Notes under the pieces: model-generated
The model's database searches: none
Seen by the model: only the letters and a program-made list of their open reading frames with translations
What the model was told of the DNA's origin: nothing
Source: a virus
IMG/VR virus record: IMGVR_UViG_3300044644_000945
Coordinates: 24,325-88,324 of that record
Strand: one strand, 5' to 3'
DNA: 64,000 nt
Translations under genes and position numbers: made by a program
Part shown: positions 1 through 10,289 of the stretch, in pieces
Layout of the letters: the number at the start of each line of letters is the position of its first letter
Numbering within the stretch: position 1 is the stretch's first letter

Positions 1-1011
1 TGGGTATGGTAAATCAAAATTTCTATTCTCAAAATGATAGATTGCTTCATGAAGTTTAGAGTTTGTATCTCTAATCCACATTTTTAGAGTATCAGCAGAT
101 ATTTTGATTGCTCCAACTTGCATGTATTGATCTATAACAATGAATCTAAATTCAAAATCATAGTCAGCATATTTTGGACTATCCAAATATACACTTTTTA
201 CTAATATATAATACATTGAAGCTTGAATCCAGTATCTATAATACTCAATTGTGTCTTGAAAAGAATTAATATCTTTACTAGTTTTCTTTAAGTCATTGAC
301 TCTGATTACTTTATTAGTATGATCAAACACAAGATTGTCAATAAAACCTCTTAAACCAAATGGTAATTTCTCTGGAAAAGCAGCAAGCTCAACCTCATTA
401 AACATCTCAACTTCATCAGTAATTTTATCTTTGGTGTAACCCATAATCTTCATTACATGGTCAGAAGCTTTAATAATTTCTACTACATCTTTAGCATTGT
501 CATACATTGCATGATCAACCTTAGTTTTACCTTCACAGTTTTGCATATATTCCCAATAACTTCTATGGTCATCAGTAAGTATTTTATCAATACGCTGTTG
601 ATCAGTCTTTAAAGTCTGATACAAGTTCATGTCTACTAAAATATCTAATATAGCATGTTCAAAATGCTCTAGTAGATATCTAGGATCACCCATTGCTTTA
701 AGTTCTGAGTAATGAACAAAAAGTCTTTCTAGTACTTCTTTTGGATTTGCACTAGGAACACTAGTTGCCATTAGCACAAACTCTTTATCAAAGTCATCAG
801 GATTTAAGAATAAGCAGTGTATCAGCTTACCTTCAATCATGTTCTTGTCAGATGTGTCATCTTTTTGCCCTAATATATAGTGCAAATAAAATAGTTTAGG
901 ACTGTACAATAACTTATTCAAACCTGAATAAGACATCATAAATGTTTTGTCAAAAAATTCTTCTTGTTTTTGCAGCATTTCTGCTTGCGTTGGCATTTTA
1001 AATACTTTCAT
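1..1011 (-). CDS. PD-(D/E)XK exonuclease (RecB/ExoVIII-like), 3' end outside window
   Basis: Hand-translated open frame from ATG 1011 (MKVFKMPTQ...SYSGLNKLLYSPKLFY...GKLIHC...LRGFIDNL...VNDLKKT...YWIQASMY); not in ORF track because it runs off the edge. Confidence 0.8.
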   Translation of the reverse strand, partial: MKVFKMPTQAEMLQKQEEFFDKTFMMSYSGLNKLLYSPKLFYLHYILGQKDDTSDKNMIEGKLIHCLFLNPDDFDKEFVLMATSVPSANPKEVLERLFVHYSELKAMGDPRYLLEHFEHAILDILVDMNLYQTLKTDQQRIDKILTDDHRSYWEYMQNCEGKTKVDHAMYDNAKDVVEIIKASDHVMKIMGYTKDKITDEVEMFNEVELAAFPEKLPFGLRGFIDNLVFDHTNKVIRVNDLKKTSKDINSFQDTIEYYRYWIQASMYYILVKSVYLDSPKYADYDFEFRFIVIDQYMQVGAIKISADTLKMWIRDTNSKLHEAIYHFENRNFDLPYP

Positions 1012-1465
1012 TTTTACAATTTTGCATATCTCTTAGAAAATATCTTCCTAATATATTACCATTATAACTATTGCTGGTCAGCACATCAGCTTTAATTTGA
1101 TGTGCCAACTCACAATAGTTGAGGTATTTTTTAGTACAACATAATTCTAAAATCTCTCTTTTATACATTAATTTTCCTTCTGTTTTAATCTCTGCAGTAA
1201 GTTCTTTACAACTACCATAGTAATCTAACCAGTTGGACTCTTTAGAAACTCTTTTGATTTTCTTTCTAGTACCTGTTTCTAACTTTTCTTTTTTTGTAAC
1301 TGCAGTCTTTTTGGTAAACTGCAAACTTTTTTTGCCAATGTAAAATTTACCTGTTTTAATGTGGGTAATTCTGTATACAAAACCTATAAGGTTCTGATAA
1401 TCAGGCAGATCTTCAATTTGTGTAATTACTTTGTTCTTACATGAAGGTAGTATCCAATTGCTCAT
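998..1465 (-). CDS. GIY-YIG family endonuclease
   Basis: GFVYRIT...KFYIGKK, YYGS, REILE, YNGNI motifs. Confidence 0.75.
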   Translation of the reverse strand: MSNWILPSCKNKVITQIEDLPDYQNLIGFVYRITHIKTGKFYIGKKSLQFTKKTAVTKKEKLETGTRKKIKRVSKESNWLDYYGSCKELTAEIKTEGKLMYKREILELCCTKKYLNYCELAHQIKADVLTSNSYNGNILGRYFLRDMQNCKNESI

Positions 1466-1486
1466 AATGAAATGTTTGTAACAAAA

Positions 1487-2497
1487 CTACAAAATAATTT
1501 CATTTAAAACATTATACTTTGCAACTGCTTTATCTAAAACAGGAATAAAAATATATGCAGCTTTTTTTATACCATGGTCTTTTACCATATCACTAAAATC
1601 TTTACTTAGTGGTATGTAACAGAATGGTATATTAAACCTATCTAAATAGTACTGCATGCTATCAATACCTGCTTTGTCACTGTCCATATAAGTAACAACA
1701 GCTTTATACTCTAATTTGAATCTATTGATTATCTTATCAGAAAGTTTTGTATTCTCACTATCAGGAGCTATTACATCTACATCTAGTCCAGGAATACTTT
1801 TGATTGCCATACAATCTTTTAAAGAAGATGTGATTATTAAAAACTTTTTACCTTCTATTTGGTCAATACCTTGAACATGTTGTCCAAGTTTCAAAAACTT
1901 CTTTTTGCTATTTATTGGCTGATACAGTTTATACAGTTCATTATTACTATTAAAGTAACCATATACATTCTCTTTTGCTACAGTAAATAATTCATCAACA
2001 AGATCATCATCTATTTTTTTACACATAGTGTAACTAGCAATAGGAACAACATTGTACTTGTTTAGTAAATCACTTCCTATATTATACTGTAACCAATATT
2101 TAGCATCATTTGTGTTCCATTCTCTTGTTATGTAATCTGATACAATCCATTGAGATATTTGAAAATCTTTTTTAGGAATAGTTTTGCCACCATTTAAGTA
2201 ATCACTATAATCTTTCATTATAGTATTTATGGTATATGCATAATCTTTTTTCCATATGTGCATCATTAACTCAATAGCTGAACCACCTTTACCTGTAGAA
2301 AAACACTTGTACTTATACTGACCACCTTCTTCATAATAATATATATACATAGAAGGAGTTTTTTCATCAGGATTAAATACACTATGAATTCTTACTCTTT
2401 GACCTCTAAGAGGTTCTGGTAATTGCAAATAGTTTTCAAATATCCAGTCACTTGGAACTTCTTTGATATCACATACAAAATTCTTTAAACTAAACAT
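1487..2497 (-). CDS. dnaG: DNA primase (crAss-type, TOPRIM)
   Basis: N-terminal degenerate Zn-binding region (SVFNPDEKTPS...KCFSTGKGG); TOPRIM ITSSLKD, APDSE, DSDKAG, KDFSD. Confidence 0.85.
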   Translation of the reverse strand: MFSLKNFVCDIKEVPSDWIFENYLQLPEPLRGQRVRIHSVFNPDEKTPSMYIYYYEEGGQYKYKCFSTGKGGSAIELMMHIWKKDYAYTINTIMKDYSDYLNGGKTIPKKDFQISQWIVSDYITREWNTNDAKYWLQYNIGSDLLNKYNVVPIASYTMCKKIDDDLVDELFTVAKENVYGYFNSNNELYKLYQPINSKKKFLKLGQHVQGIDQIEGKKFLIITSSLKDCMAIKSIPGLDVDVIAPDSENTKLSDKIINRFKLEYKAVVTYMDSDKAGIDSMQYYLDRFNIPFCYIPLSKDFSDMVKDHGIKKAAYIFIPVLDKAVAKYNVLNEIIL

Positions 2498-2516
2498 AAC
2501 TTGTTGGTTTTAAATG

Positions 2517-2543
2517 AAAAGGGTAGACATTACATCTACCCTT
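2517..2543 (-). terminator. Intrinsic terminator hairpin with GUAA-containing loop
   Basis: aagggtaga/tctaccctt stem followed by T-run on minus strand. Confidence 0.65.
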
Positions 2544-2569
2544 ATCTTAAAAAATAAAACACATTTTAA

Positions 2570-3301
2570 TTATGGAAGCTGTAAGTCATTTATATTATTT
2601 TCAAATACAGGAGCTGAAAATACTTCAGAAGCTGGAGCAAAACCTGCTGTTAATGATTCATTACCATCTGTTTGAGGAGTTTCTGCTGTCTTTTTAAGAA
2701 CAATATGCGCATCTTCATTGAATGGAATTAACTTAGCATCATCTGCAGTGTTTGCATATGCAAATTTACCCTCAGTTCTTTTTGGTAAATATAATGCATA
2801 ACTTGGATATTCAGAACCTTCTTTGAAATATTTTTGTGCAGCAATTGTAAAATAGATTTTATAACCACCTTTAATAAGAAAAGCTCTTACCTCAGCTACA
2901 AGATCTTCAATAGTTGGTGCATCAATGTTCATACCTTGAAATTGATCTAACAAGTTCAATTGTTTTAAGAATGTACCTAAGAAATTTGTAATTGACTCAT
3001 CTCTTGTGATAGTCTTACCTTTGTATTCCCAGTCTTTAAAGCCATATTGATTAGCTTTTACATTACTAGTTTGACCTTTATAGTTACCTTTAGAAGGATC
3101 TAATCTATTGATTTGAAAACCTTCAAAATCATCACCTAACTCAGGACCCATTAAGCTAAATATCAAGTTGTATTGATTTGCATCATAAGGAGGTCTTTCT
3201 AATTTCAGATCTAATACTGTACATTGGTGTGTACCTGGTTGTAAACCTTTTTGAACATATGTACTTTCTGCTGCTGTAAAATTGTTTAAACTAAAACTCA
3301 T
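2570..3301 (-). CDS. Putative single-stranded DNA-binding protein
   Basis: Lies between primase and AAA ATPase; acidic flexible C-tail ending DLQLP. Confidence 0.5.
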   Translation of the reverse strand: MSFSLNNFTAAESTYVQKGLQPGTHQCTVLDLKLERPPYDANQYNLIFSLMGPELGDDFEGFQINRLDPSKGNYKGQTSNVKANQYGFKDWEYKGKTITRDESITNFLGTFLKQLNLLDQFQGMNIDAPTIEDLVAEVRAFLIKGGYKIYFTIAAQKYFKEGSEYPSYALYLPKRTEGKFAYANTADDAKLIPFNEDAHIVLKKTAETPQTDGNESLTAGFAPASEVFSAPVFENNINDLQLP

Positions 3302-3326
3302 TTTTTCTAATTTTTAATGTTATTAA

Positions 3327-4118
3327 TTAATCTATAAATACTTGATCCCAGTGTGTTGTTACTGTTCCATCTTCTGCAATTTCAGAGATAACAATCTCTT
3401 TATTTCTCAGATGTTCTGGTCTTGCACCACATAGGATATCATCTTGTGTCTTAAAACTCAAGATATTTTTGTTACCTTTTCTCACTAAGTATCCAATAGC
3501 ATCTGCTTTGGATGTAGTGAATATTTTTAACTTGCCTGTAAGATTTAAATCTAAAGCTTCAAAGCTGTTACCATTTTTCTCTAACATAGTGTCTTTTACG
3601 TGACCTAGTAAGATTAAATGAGGTGTAAGTGCTTTAAATCTTTTGATAATATCTTCAAAAGCTTGTCTTAACCATGGATATCCAGCACCATTTGCCATAT
3701 TAAGGATGGTTCCATGTTTAGCTTTACCACCTGTTGTGGCTGTAAACCAGTTTGCACCCATAGGAGATTTTGAATACAAAAACTCTGCATAAGATACACA
3801 CATGTTTTCTAAAGCTGATATTGTGTCAATAGCAATATACTTGTATGGCTTACCAGCATTTATAATTGCCTGTTCAAGATTGAACAAATCTTGTATAGTA
3901 GTAATTTTAATCTTTACTGCTGATACATAGTCAGAACCATCTTCTAAGTCAATCAATAAACTATCTTTCAGTTGTGACAACAATGTTGTTTTACCTACTT
4001 TAGGTTTACTAAAGATTACAAGATTTTTAGGACTTTTTGTAACTGCTCCTACTATACCAGTAGGTAATGAAATACCTGGTACTACAGCTGTCTCTGCTGT
4101 CTTTTTTACTTCTGCCAT
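3327..4118 (-). CDS. AAA_24 / Sak4-like ATPase (recombinase-like)
   Basis: Walker A SKPKVGKTT, LLIDLEDG, Walker B IAIDT, ILLGH, ADAIGY. Confidence 0.8.
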   Translation of the reverse strand: MAEVKKTAETAVVPGISLPTGIVGAVTKSPKNLVIFSKPKVGKTTLLSQLKDSLLIDLEDGSDYVSAVKIKITTIQDLFNLEQAIINAGKPYKYIAIDTISALENMCVSYAEFLYSKSPMGANWFTATTGGKAKHGTILNMANGAGYPWLRQAFEDIIKRFKALTPHLILLGHVKDTMLEKNGNSFEALDLNLTGKLKIFTTSKADAIGYLVRKGNKNILSFKTQDDILCGARPEHLRNKEIVISEIAEDGTVTTHWDQVFID

Positions 4119-4753
4119 TTTTTACCTTCTTCAATTAAAGTATTTAACCATTTTTTATTTGATAAGGGCACTTTGTTCACAATACAATAGATATCTCTAA
4201 TTGTCATTTGTGCATAGTGATTATCTTCTTTTTCTGTAAAAGGTTCTTCTTCTAAAGAATCAAAATCAACTGTATCAAGGTTTAAGTCTAAACTTTGTTG
4301 TGGTGTTGATGTTTTTGTCATTTCTGGATAAGCTGTCTCAATCTTATTTCTACTAATTAGCTCTAATTCTGTCAATCTTACAGAGTATGTAGGTGCAGGT
4401 AAAGGAGTGCCATCATTTCTATGTGTTACTTCTACACTGAAGTTAGGAATACTTCTCCAATCAGGTCTGTTTTTCATTTTGTATAGGTTTCTATAACCTT
4501 CTTCATAAGGTTTATCAAACCAATCAAATAGTTCAACAAATACATCCTGATTTTTTGAAATTTCACTTGCATAAAATCTAATACACTCTGATTTTTTACC
4601 ATCAACTCCTTCAAACTCACTACCTTGGTAGCATAGTTTAGCATAGAATAATGGATTCTCAATTCCTGAATCTGCAAATAGTTGTTCCCAGTAAGGTTTA
4701 AACTCTGCTGTAATTACATTAATGTGCTTCTTTTTTCTTAATAGTTCTGCCAT
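4106..4753 (-). CDS. Hypothetical replication-module protein
   Basis: 215-aa ORF coupled to neighbours. Confidence 0.6.
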   Translation of the reverse strand: MAELLRKKKHINVITAEFKPYWEQLFADSGIENPLFYAKLCYQGSEFEGVDGKKSECIRFYASEISKNQDVFVELFDWFDKPYEEGYRNLYKMKNRPDWRSIPNFSVEVTHRNDGTPLPAPTYSVRLTELELISRNKIETAYPEMTKTSTPQQSLDLNLDTVDFDSLEEEPFTEKEDNHYAQMTIRDIYCIVNKVPLSNKKWLNTLIEEGKKWQK

Positions 4754-4770
4754 CTTTAACTAATTTAAAT

Positions 4771-5754
4771 TTATATTACTTTTCTAATTATTCTACAGGT
4801 TGGTTCTATAGCTTCTTCAACAAGCATTTGAGCATAGTTTGCTCTATACCATTGAATGCCTACTTCACCATACCTGTTTTTTAATACATGCATTGCCAAA
4901 AGATATTTATCACTTGGTCCAATTACATACTGTGTTGGTCCATAGTACATCAGATTATACTTTGCAGGTCTGTTATAAGCAATCATAACATCAGCACATT
5001 GTAATAAACTGTCACTACCATAAACATCTTTTTCTGTAGGGTAATTTCCTTGTTGCCCTGGTTTTTGTCTTTCAGCATCATCTATCTCTCTATTCAACTG
5101 AGTCAGTATAAGAAATACAACAGGTAACTTATTTTTCATCTCTGCTAACATAACAGCAAGATTATTTAAAGTTTCTTGTTTGTTTTTCTCACTACCACTT
5201 TGTTTTATCAAAAGAGTGTGATCTAGTGTTACAACAAATGGTTTCCCAACCTTTTTGTAAAACTGCATTAATGCTGATTGCATTTCATTAACAGTAAGAG
5301 CTTTGTCAATAATGAACTCTTCTCTGCCTTTGTTTGCGTGTGCATACGCTTTCAACTTGTCAAAATCTGATTTAGACAATGGAGGCATTCCATCATCTTT
5401 AGCAGATTGAAGGTATCTAATATTCATGTTGTTTGCAGATGAGAACTCACGTAGTGCCATGTTCCTACCTAGCATCTCAAACTGAAAATGTAAAGTTGCA
5501 AAATCCTGCTCAGGATTTAAGTTCTGTAGCTCTCTTGTTAAGGAGCTTGCTATCAATGTTTTACCAACACCAGGTCTTGCACCAATTACATACAAAGAAT
5601 TCCATTCTATACCATTAAGTCCAATAGCATTAAACTGTTTCCATTGAGTCTTTAATGATTTAGAATGCCCTGTTGCTCTATTATGAATATAGACCAAACC
5701 TTCATTCATTACGTCATAGTAATGTTTCCATAAATCTGTGCTAGTTGCACTCAT
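4771..5754 (-). CDS. dnaB: Replicative DnaB-like helicase
   Basis: GARPGVGKT, FQFEM, LDH, LTQLNR, GSDSLLQCAD, LKNRYG. Confidence 0.92.
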   Translation of the reverse strand: MSATSTDLWKHYYDVMNEGLVYIHNRATGHSKSLKTQWKQFNAIGLNGIEWNSLYVIGARPGVGKTLIASSLTRELQNLNPEQDFATLHFQFEMLGRNMALREFSSANNMNIRYLQSAKDDGMPPLSKSDFDKLKAYAHANKGREEFIIDKALTVNEMQSALMQFYKKVGKPFVVTLDHTLLIKQSGSEKNKQETLNNLAVMLAEMKNKLPVVFLILTQLNREIDDAERQKPGQQGNYPTEKDVYGSDSLLQCADVMIAYNRPAKYNLMYYGPTQYVIGPSDKYLLAMHVLKNRYGEVGIQWYRANYAQMLVEEAIEPTCRIIRKVI

Positions 5755-5810
5755 AAATGTTTGCGATTTAGATTGTAAAAATACTAAACTTTTGAGAGTT
5801 AAACAAATTT

Positions 5811-6548
5811 TTACCAGATTATTTCAGGTAATTTTTTTTGTTCTTTAAGATGTTGATTTACAGCATTGAATATATTATTACAATCCCAACTAGCAGATTT
5901 TGCATATGCTGCTGAGGCAGGATGTGAACACTGGAGAAGTAAAGTGTTATTTAATATACCATCTACTAAATCTTCATAATGTTGTGCTTTTTTACCCATG
6001 AACACCCACACATAGTCGTTGTAGGAAGCATTCAACATGTCTACTAAATATGCAATAAAAGGTTGCCAAATGTCAAGATGTTTGCCAATCTTATTGATTT
6101 CAGTAGTAAGTGCAGTGTTGAGTAATAAAACACCTTGATTTGACCAGCGTCTCAAATCTGGATCAAATGTCTTTACATCTTTTTTGCCTTGGTACACTGT
6201 GTCATTAACAGCATGTAACATATAGCGCAAAGATAATTCTGGTTTTTTTGTATTTCCACAAGAAAATGCTATACCATCAGCTACACCTAATTGAGGATAA
6301 GGATCTTGTCCTAGCATTATTACTCTTGTTTTATCATATGGACATTCCATAAATGCATTAAACACTTGTTTAAGAGGTGGTGTAAATCTTTGATTTTCAG
6401 CCACACACTTTTCTAGTGTTGTCATTATTGTCACAAAATCTTCTGATAAAAGAAAACCTTTTAATACATCATGCCAACCAGATGGCTTGAGCATCTCATA
6501 TAATTTTCTTGCATATTCTTCTGATGTAGTTTTTTGTATGTTAGACAT
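5811..6548 (-). CDS. ung: Uracil-DNA glycosylase family 1
   Basis: GQDPYP, GIAFS, GVLLLN, HPAS motifs. Confidence 0.95.
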   Translation of the reverse strand: MSNIQKTTSEEYARKLYEMLKPSGWHDVLKGFLLSEDFVTIMTTLEKCVAENQRFTPPLKQVFNAFMECPYDKTRVIMLGQDPYPQLGVADGIAFSCGNTKKPELSLRYMLHAVNDTVYQGKKDVKTFDPDLRRWSNQGVLLLNTALTTEINKIGKHLDIWQPFIAYLVDMLNASYNDYVWVFMGKKAQHYEDLVDGILNNTLLLQCSHPASAAYAKSASWDCNNIFNAVNQHLKEQKKLPEIIW

Positions 6549-6563
6549 TTTGTTATATATTTG
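6533..6563 (+). promoter_or_regulatory. Bacteroidota sigma-A type promoter
   Basis: TTTG (6533-6536), 19-nt spacer, TATATTTG (6556-6563), just upstream of ATG 6583. Confidence 0.7.
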
Positions 6564-6582
6564 TTACTTAAAAATATTAATT

Positions 6583-6909
6583 ATGGAAAACACAGAACCT
6601 AAATTAGATCCTAACTTCAAGTTTAAAGTTTTAAAAAGTGATGCATTAACTACTATCAAAATTAGTACTGCTTTTTATTTAAATATTAAAGAAGCACTTT
6701 ATTTTTTAGTAAAAGATAAATCTAAAAAAGAAGTAGATGATGCAATTAAACAAATCAATGAACAAAAAATCACTGAAGAATGGGTATATCACTATAAAAC
6801 TTTATTTATTCTTTCTGCTGAAATTGAAAAGAAAGCAGATGAAGCTGGTGATATGGAAGAAAAAACTAAAGAAGAAGTTGAAGAATATCTTAAAAAGTTT
6901 GCTGGTTAA
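6583..6909 (+). CDS. Hypothetical protein, lone plus-strand gene in the replication arm
   Basis: ATG 6583 (MENTEPKLD...) after the promoter; fills the gap between ung and the next gene; stop overlaps a convergent stop at 6906-6909. Confidence 0.7.
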   Translation: MENTEPKLDPNFKFKVLKSDALTTIKISTAFYLNIKEALYFLVKDKSKKEVDDAIKQINEQKITEEWVYHYKTLFILSAEIEKKADEAGDMEEKTKEEVEEYLKKFAG

Positions 6910-7283
6910 AAATAATAACCTATTATAGCACCAAGCTCTACACAATTTTGTATAGCATCAGATAACTCTTTTTTATTACAATCAGCAAAACTCTTATACT
7001 CTTTAGAAGCAGGATCATAAAGTCCTGCTTTTTCTTTTACAATCTCTTTCATTTCTTCAAATGTATGTCCTGTTTCTCTAGCCAATTCTCTTATACATGC
7101 ATGTACTTTAGCTAATTGTCCAGAGGTTTTGTCATCTTCATCAACTATTTTAGTGATATATACTTCAACAATTTCTTCTTCAGCTAAATCTTTTTCAAAT
7201 TGAAAGTATTTTGCTGCATCTTCACTTGTTAATAGTTTTAATTTACCACCATGTTTACCAAATCTAACTGTTATATTTTGCAT
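6906..7283 (-). CDS. NinB/Orf-like recombination accessory protein
   Basis: QLAKVHACIRELARETGH..EEMK..VK...KSFADC pattern. Confidence 0.5.
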   Translation of the reverse strand: MQNITVRFGKHGGKLKLLTSEDAAKYFQFEKDLAEEEIVEVYITKIVDEDDKTSGQLAKVHACIRELARETGHTFEEMKEIVKEKAGLYDPASKEYKSFADCNKKELSDAIQNCVELGAIIGYYF

Positions 7284-8373
7284 CTTGCCAGGTTATTTTT
7301 GATTGATCTAAATCACTTAATGCACTGATTACCCATTCTGTATCTACAGTATCTGCATATGCAAGAATATGTATTACAGATTGTTCTTCAGGACTTAATC
7401 TAAGTAATCTACCAATGCGTTGGTTACTTTTTCTCTCATTACTGTATGCATGAAGTATGATACCATACTTTAAATTTGGAATATTTACACCTTCATTAAG
7501 TTGCTGCACTGCAGATAGACATTTAAATACTCCTTGTTTAAATGCTTCAAGGTTATCTTCACTATTTGGATTTTTACTATGATAGCTGTTTTTACATACT
7601 CTATCAGCCTGATCAGTATTATTACAAAAGATTATACACTTATCATCTACATTCTTGAGTAAGACGTTTTTAGCATAGTTTTCTTTTGTTTTATACTGCA
7701 TTAAACCTTGCATGCGCATAATACGCATCTTCTGTTTATTACCTAAAGAGAATGTTTTCTCTATCTGATTAGTCCAATATGCATAATGTTCTCTTTCAGA
7801 AGTCACAAAGCCACCAGTTTTTGTAGCAACTTTATGTGTCCTGTAATTGTTAAGAGGTAACAGGTGCACTATTATTCTATAGTCATTAAGAATCTTATCA
7901 TCAACAGCATCATCTGTAATGTACTCATATACTATAGGACAAAATCTATCTACCATAATACCTTTTTCTGATGTAGCATGGCGTGGTGGTGTACCAGAAA
8001 GTCCTAGTATGTCACCATGGTAAAACAATAAGTAGTTCTCATGTGTATACAACAAGTTATGACACTCATCAAGGTATATACAATCATATTCTACATGCTG
8101 TTTTGTAATAGATAAATAAGTTGTAAAAGTTACATGCTCTAGTAAATGTTCAAGTTTAAACTTTGCAGCTTCTTCTTTCCAAGATGTAAATATAGAAAGT
8201 TTAGGAGCTACTACTAGAAATTTGCGATCACCATTGAGATATCTTTCTTGCATATGGCGTAAGCCAATGAGAGTTTTACCAACTCCCATGCTTACACCTA
8301 GACTACATCTAGTCTTGTTTTTTGTTGATTGTAGAGCTAGGTTTTGTATTTCTTCTCTCTTTGACTGCTCCAT
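7264..8373 (-). CDS. Superfamily 2 DExH helicase
   Basis: GVGKT, DECH, LSGT, LNEGVNIP, QRIGRLLR. Confidence 0.9.
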   Translation of the reverse strand: MEQSKREEIQNLALQSTKNKTRCSLGVSMGVGKTLIGLRHMQERYLNGDRKFLVVAPKLSIFTSWKEEAAKFKLEHLLEHVTFTTYLSITKQHVEYDCIYLDECHNLLYTHENYLLFYHGDILGLSGTPPRHATSEKGIMVDRFCPIVYEYITDDAVDDKILNDYRIIVHLLPLNNYRTHKVATKTGGFVTSEREHYAYWTNQIEKTFSLGNKQKMRIMRMQGLMQYKTKENYAKNVLLKNVDDKCIIFCNNTDQADRVCKNSYHSKNPNSEDNLEAFKQGVFKCLSAVQQLNEGVNIPNLKYGIILHAYSNERKSNQRIGRLLRLSPEEQSVIHILAYADTVDTEWVISALSDLDQSKITWQDAKYNS

Positions 8374-8635
8374 CTGTTTTCTTTTTATAAGATCTTTGTT
8401 TAGGCATTTCTACTTTAGTAGTTTCTTCTTCTTCTTTGAATTTTGCATCTATTTTAGCAAAATCATAGTCAATTTTATCTACCCATCTAATACCTAATAA
8501 CAATTTGTTACAAAATCTAATAAATAATGTTGGCTTTTTTTGCATCCACAGCATCAAGCCTTTACCTAATACTGCTTCTTCTTGTGTCTTTGTTCCTATT
8601 ATCAGGAACCCAATAAACTTACTGTTACTGCTCAT
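8309..8635 (-). CDS. Hypothetical protein
   Basis: ORF in operon orientation. Confidence 0.5.
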   Translation of the reverse strand: MSSNSKFIGFLIIGTKTQEEAVLGKGLMLWMQKKPTLFIRFCNKLLLGIRWVDKIDYDFAKIDAKFKEEEETTKVEMPKQRSYKKKTDGAVKERRNTKPSSTINKKQD

Positions 8636-9041
8636 TTTCTAATCTGTTAAGTGAAAAATTTAATTCTTTAGCTTCTTTAGGATGAAGCTCAATCCATGTA
8701 TGGCAGGATCTACATACTGACAACCATGTAGGTTTGTCAAGATAATGTAATCCTCTGCCTTTTTTGTGATGTACATCTGTACTTTGAAGTGTACAATCTT
8801 TTAACCTAGCTTGACATCCAGGATGTAAAGATAAGAAATCTTTTCTCATTATAAAATATAATTTATCAAGAGGATCCTGTTTATCTGCTTTAGGTTTTAT
8901 TGGCTTTGGAAGTTTTTTTGGAAGTGGAGTTGAGTTATCCTTTAACCAACATTGTTTGCAATACTTATTGCCATTGTGGTTTTTCCATATAAGTTGTTCA
9001 CTCTCACAACCATTGCAAATTTTCTTTTTTGCTTGTATCAT
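8625..9041 (-). CDS. HNH-like nuclease with Zn-finger
   Basis: CNGC...CKQC; C..R...CT..STDVHHKKGRG...VCRSCHTWIE. Confidence 0.7.
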   Translation of the reverse strand: MIQAKKKICNGCESEQLIWKNHNGNKYCKQCWLKDNSTPLPKKLPKPIKPKADKQDPLDKLYFIMRKDFLSLHPGCQARLKDCTLQSTDVHHKKGRGLHYLDKPTWLSVCRSCHTWIELHPKEAKELNFSLNRLENEQ

Positions 9042-9703
9042 AAAATTTTTATTGCATGTGGTAATAAGTAATCATTAAATATAGTCTCAAGTGTACCATC
9101 TAAAAGTATTCCTTCACCTTGATATTTTTCATGACCTTTTTTTAGATTTTTTAAAGAAAAGTTTTCTCTTTTATAATGTAACAGGTTAAAAACATCATCT
9201 GAAAATACAGGATTAGGTAAAGGATTTGCTACATGTGCACCAGCTAAATAATTTATTTCACTTATGCTTTTATTTTTAAACATCACTAATTTGCTGTAAC
9301 CTTCTGAAGGAGCACCATATGTTAATTGTTCAATTGGTAAATCATCATGTGTAACATCAATCATGTTATAACCTTGTGTTTTAATAACATTTACATCTTC
9401 TTGTAAACTTAGTAAATCAGTCATTGATATGTCAAGTAATTCATCAATATCACAAACAATAATCCAATCTGCATCAGAGTTTTTCCAAATGTTGTTCTTC
9501 CAATCTTTTAACAATTCTTCTGTATATACTGGAAAAATACCAATATTGCAACTAGCATCTTTACAAATTTGTATACTGTTGTCTGTAGAACCATTGTCAT
9601 AAACATTAATTGTACAATCAGAAAATCTATCTTGATAGTGTTTTAAATAAAAAGGAAGCATTAGTTCCTCATTTTTCATTATGCTAAATATTTCAACTTT
9701 CAT
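9038..9703 (-). CDS. Glycosyltransferase family 2-like (GT-A fold)
   Basis: KNEELMLPFYLKHY, YDNGSTDNS, WIIVCDIDE (DxD), LLHYK. Confidence 0.8.
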   Translation of the reverse strand: MKVEIFSIMKNEELMLPFYLKHYQDRFSDCTINVYDNGSTDNSIQICKDASCNIGIFPVYTEELLKDWKNNIWKNSDADWIIVCDIDELLDISMTDLLSLQEDVNVIKTQGYNMIDVTHDDLPIEQLTYGAPSEGYSKLVMFKNKSISEINYLAGAHVANPLPNPVFSDDVFNLLHYKRENFSLKNLKKGHEKYQGEGILLDGTLETIFNDYLLPHAIKIL

Positions 9704-10289
9704 TTTTTTTAAATATCAATAGTGTATGTTTAAAGTAATCAATTTCTCCAAAAGAACAGTTTCTTATATCTTCTGTTAAATCTTTTTGATATACAAAATC
9801 TTTTTCTTCAAACAGTTTAATGACTTCATCATTGTTTTTACAATTTACATGTCCAATTCCCATTTGACCTACTATTGCCCAGGAAAGTATTAGATAACTA
9901 TCACAAAGTTTAGTTATATTATCAACAAATGCATCTTGATATTTTTGTGGAATATGTTCACCTACTTCAAGTGATATGACAATACCTTTTTTTGTTAAAG
10001 GTAAATCAAATGCAAGATTATGAGGTAGTATTTGAAAAGGTGTGTTTTTTACAGGACATTCTGGTTCAATACCTATTAGATTTTTAAAATCATTGTCATG
10101 TAGTTTTTGTAAGTAGTAAGCATTACCACAACCAAAATCATAGATAATATGTTCTTTATGTTGTGATAAAAAGGTGACAAACCATCTTGCTAAATCTGGA
10201 AAGTCTAGATGAACTGGCAATGCTGTTGTAAATGATGAATACCAATAACCAGTTTCATGAACTGTGTTTTCTATGATATCATTATTCAT
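9693..10289 (-). CDS. Class I SAM-dependent methyltransferase
   Basis: DFGCGNA, ISLEVGEHI, LSWA..GQ.G.GHVN. Confidence 0.85.
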   Translation of the reverse strand: MNNDIIENTVHETGYWYSSFTTALPVHLDFPDLARWFVTFLSQHKEHIIYDFGCGNAYYLQKLHDNDFKNLIGIEPECPVKNTPFQILPHNLAFDLPLTKKGIVISLEVGEHIPQKYQDAFVDNITKLCDSYLILSWAIVGQMGIGHVNCKNNDEVIKLFEEKDFVYQKDLTEDIRNCSFGEIDYFKHTLLIFKKNES

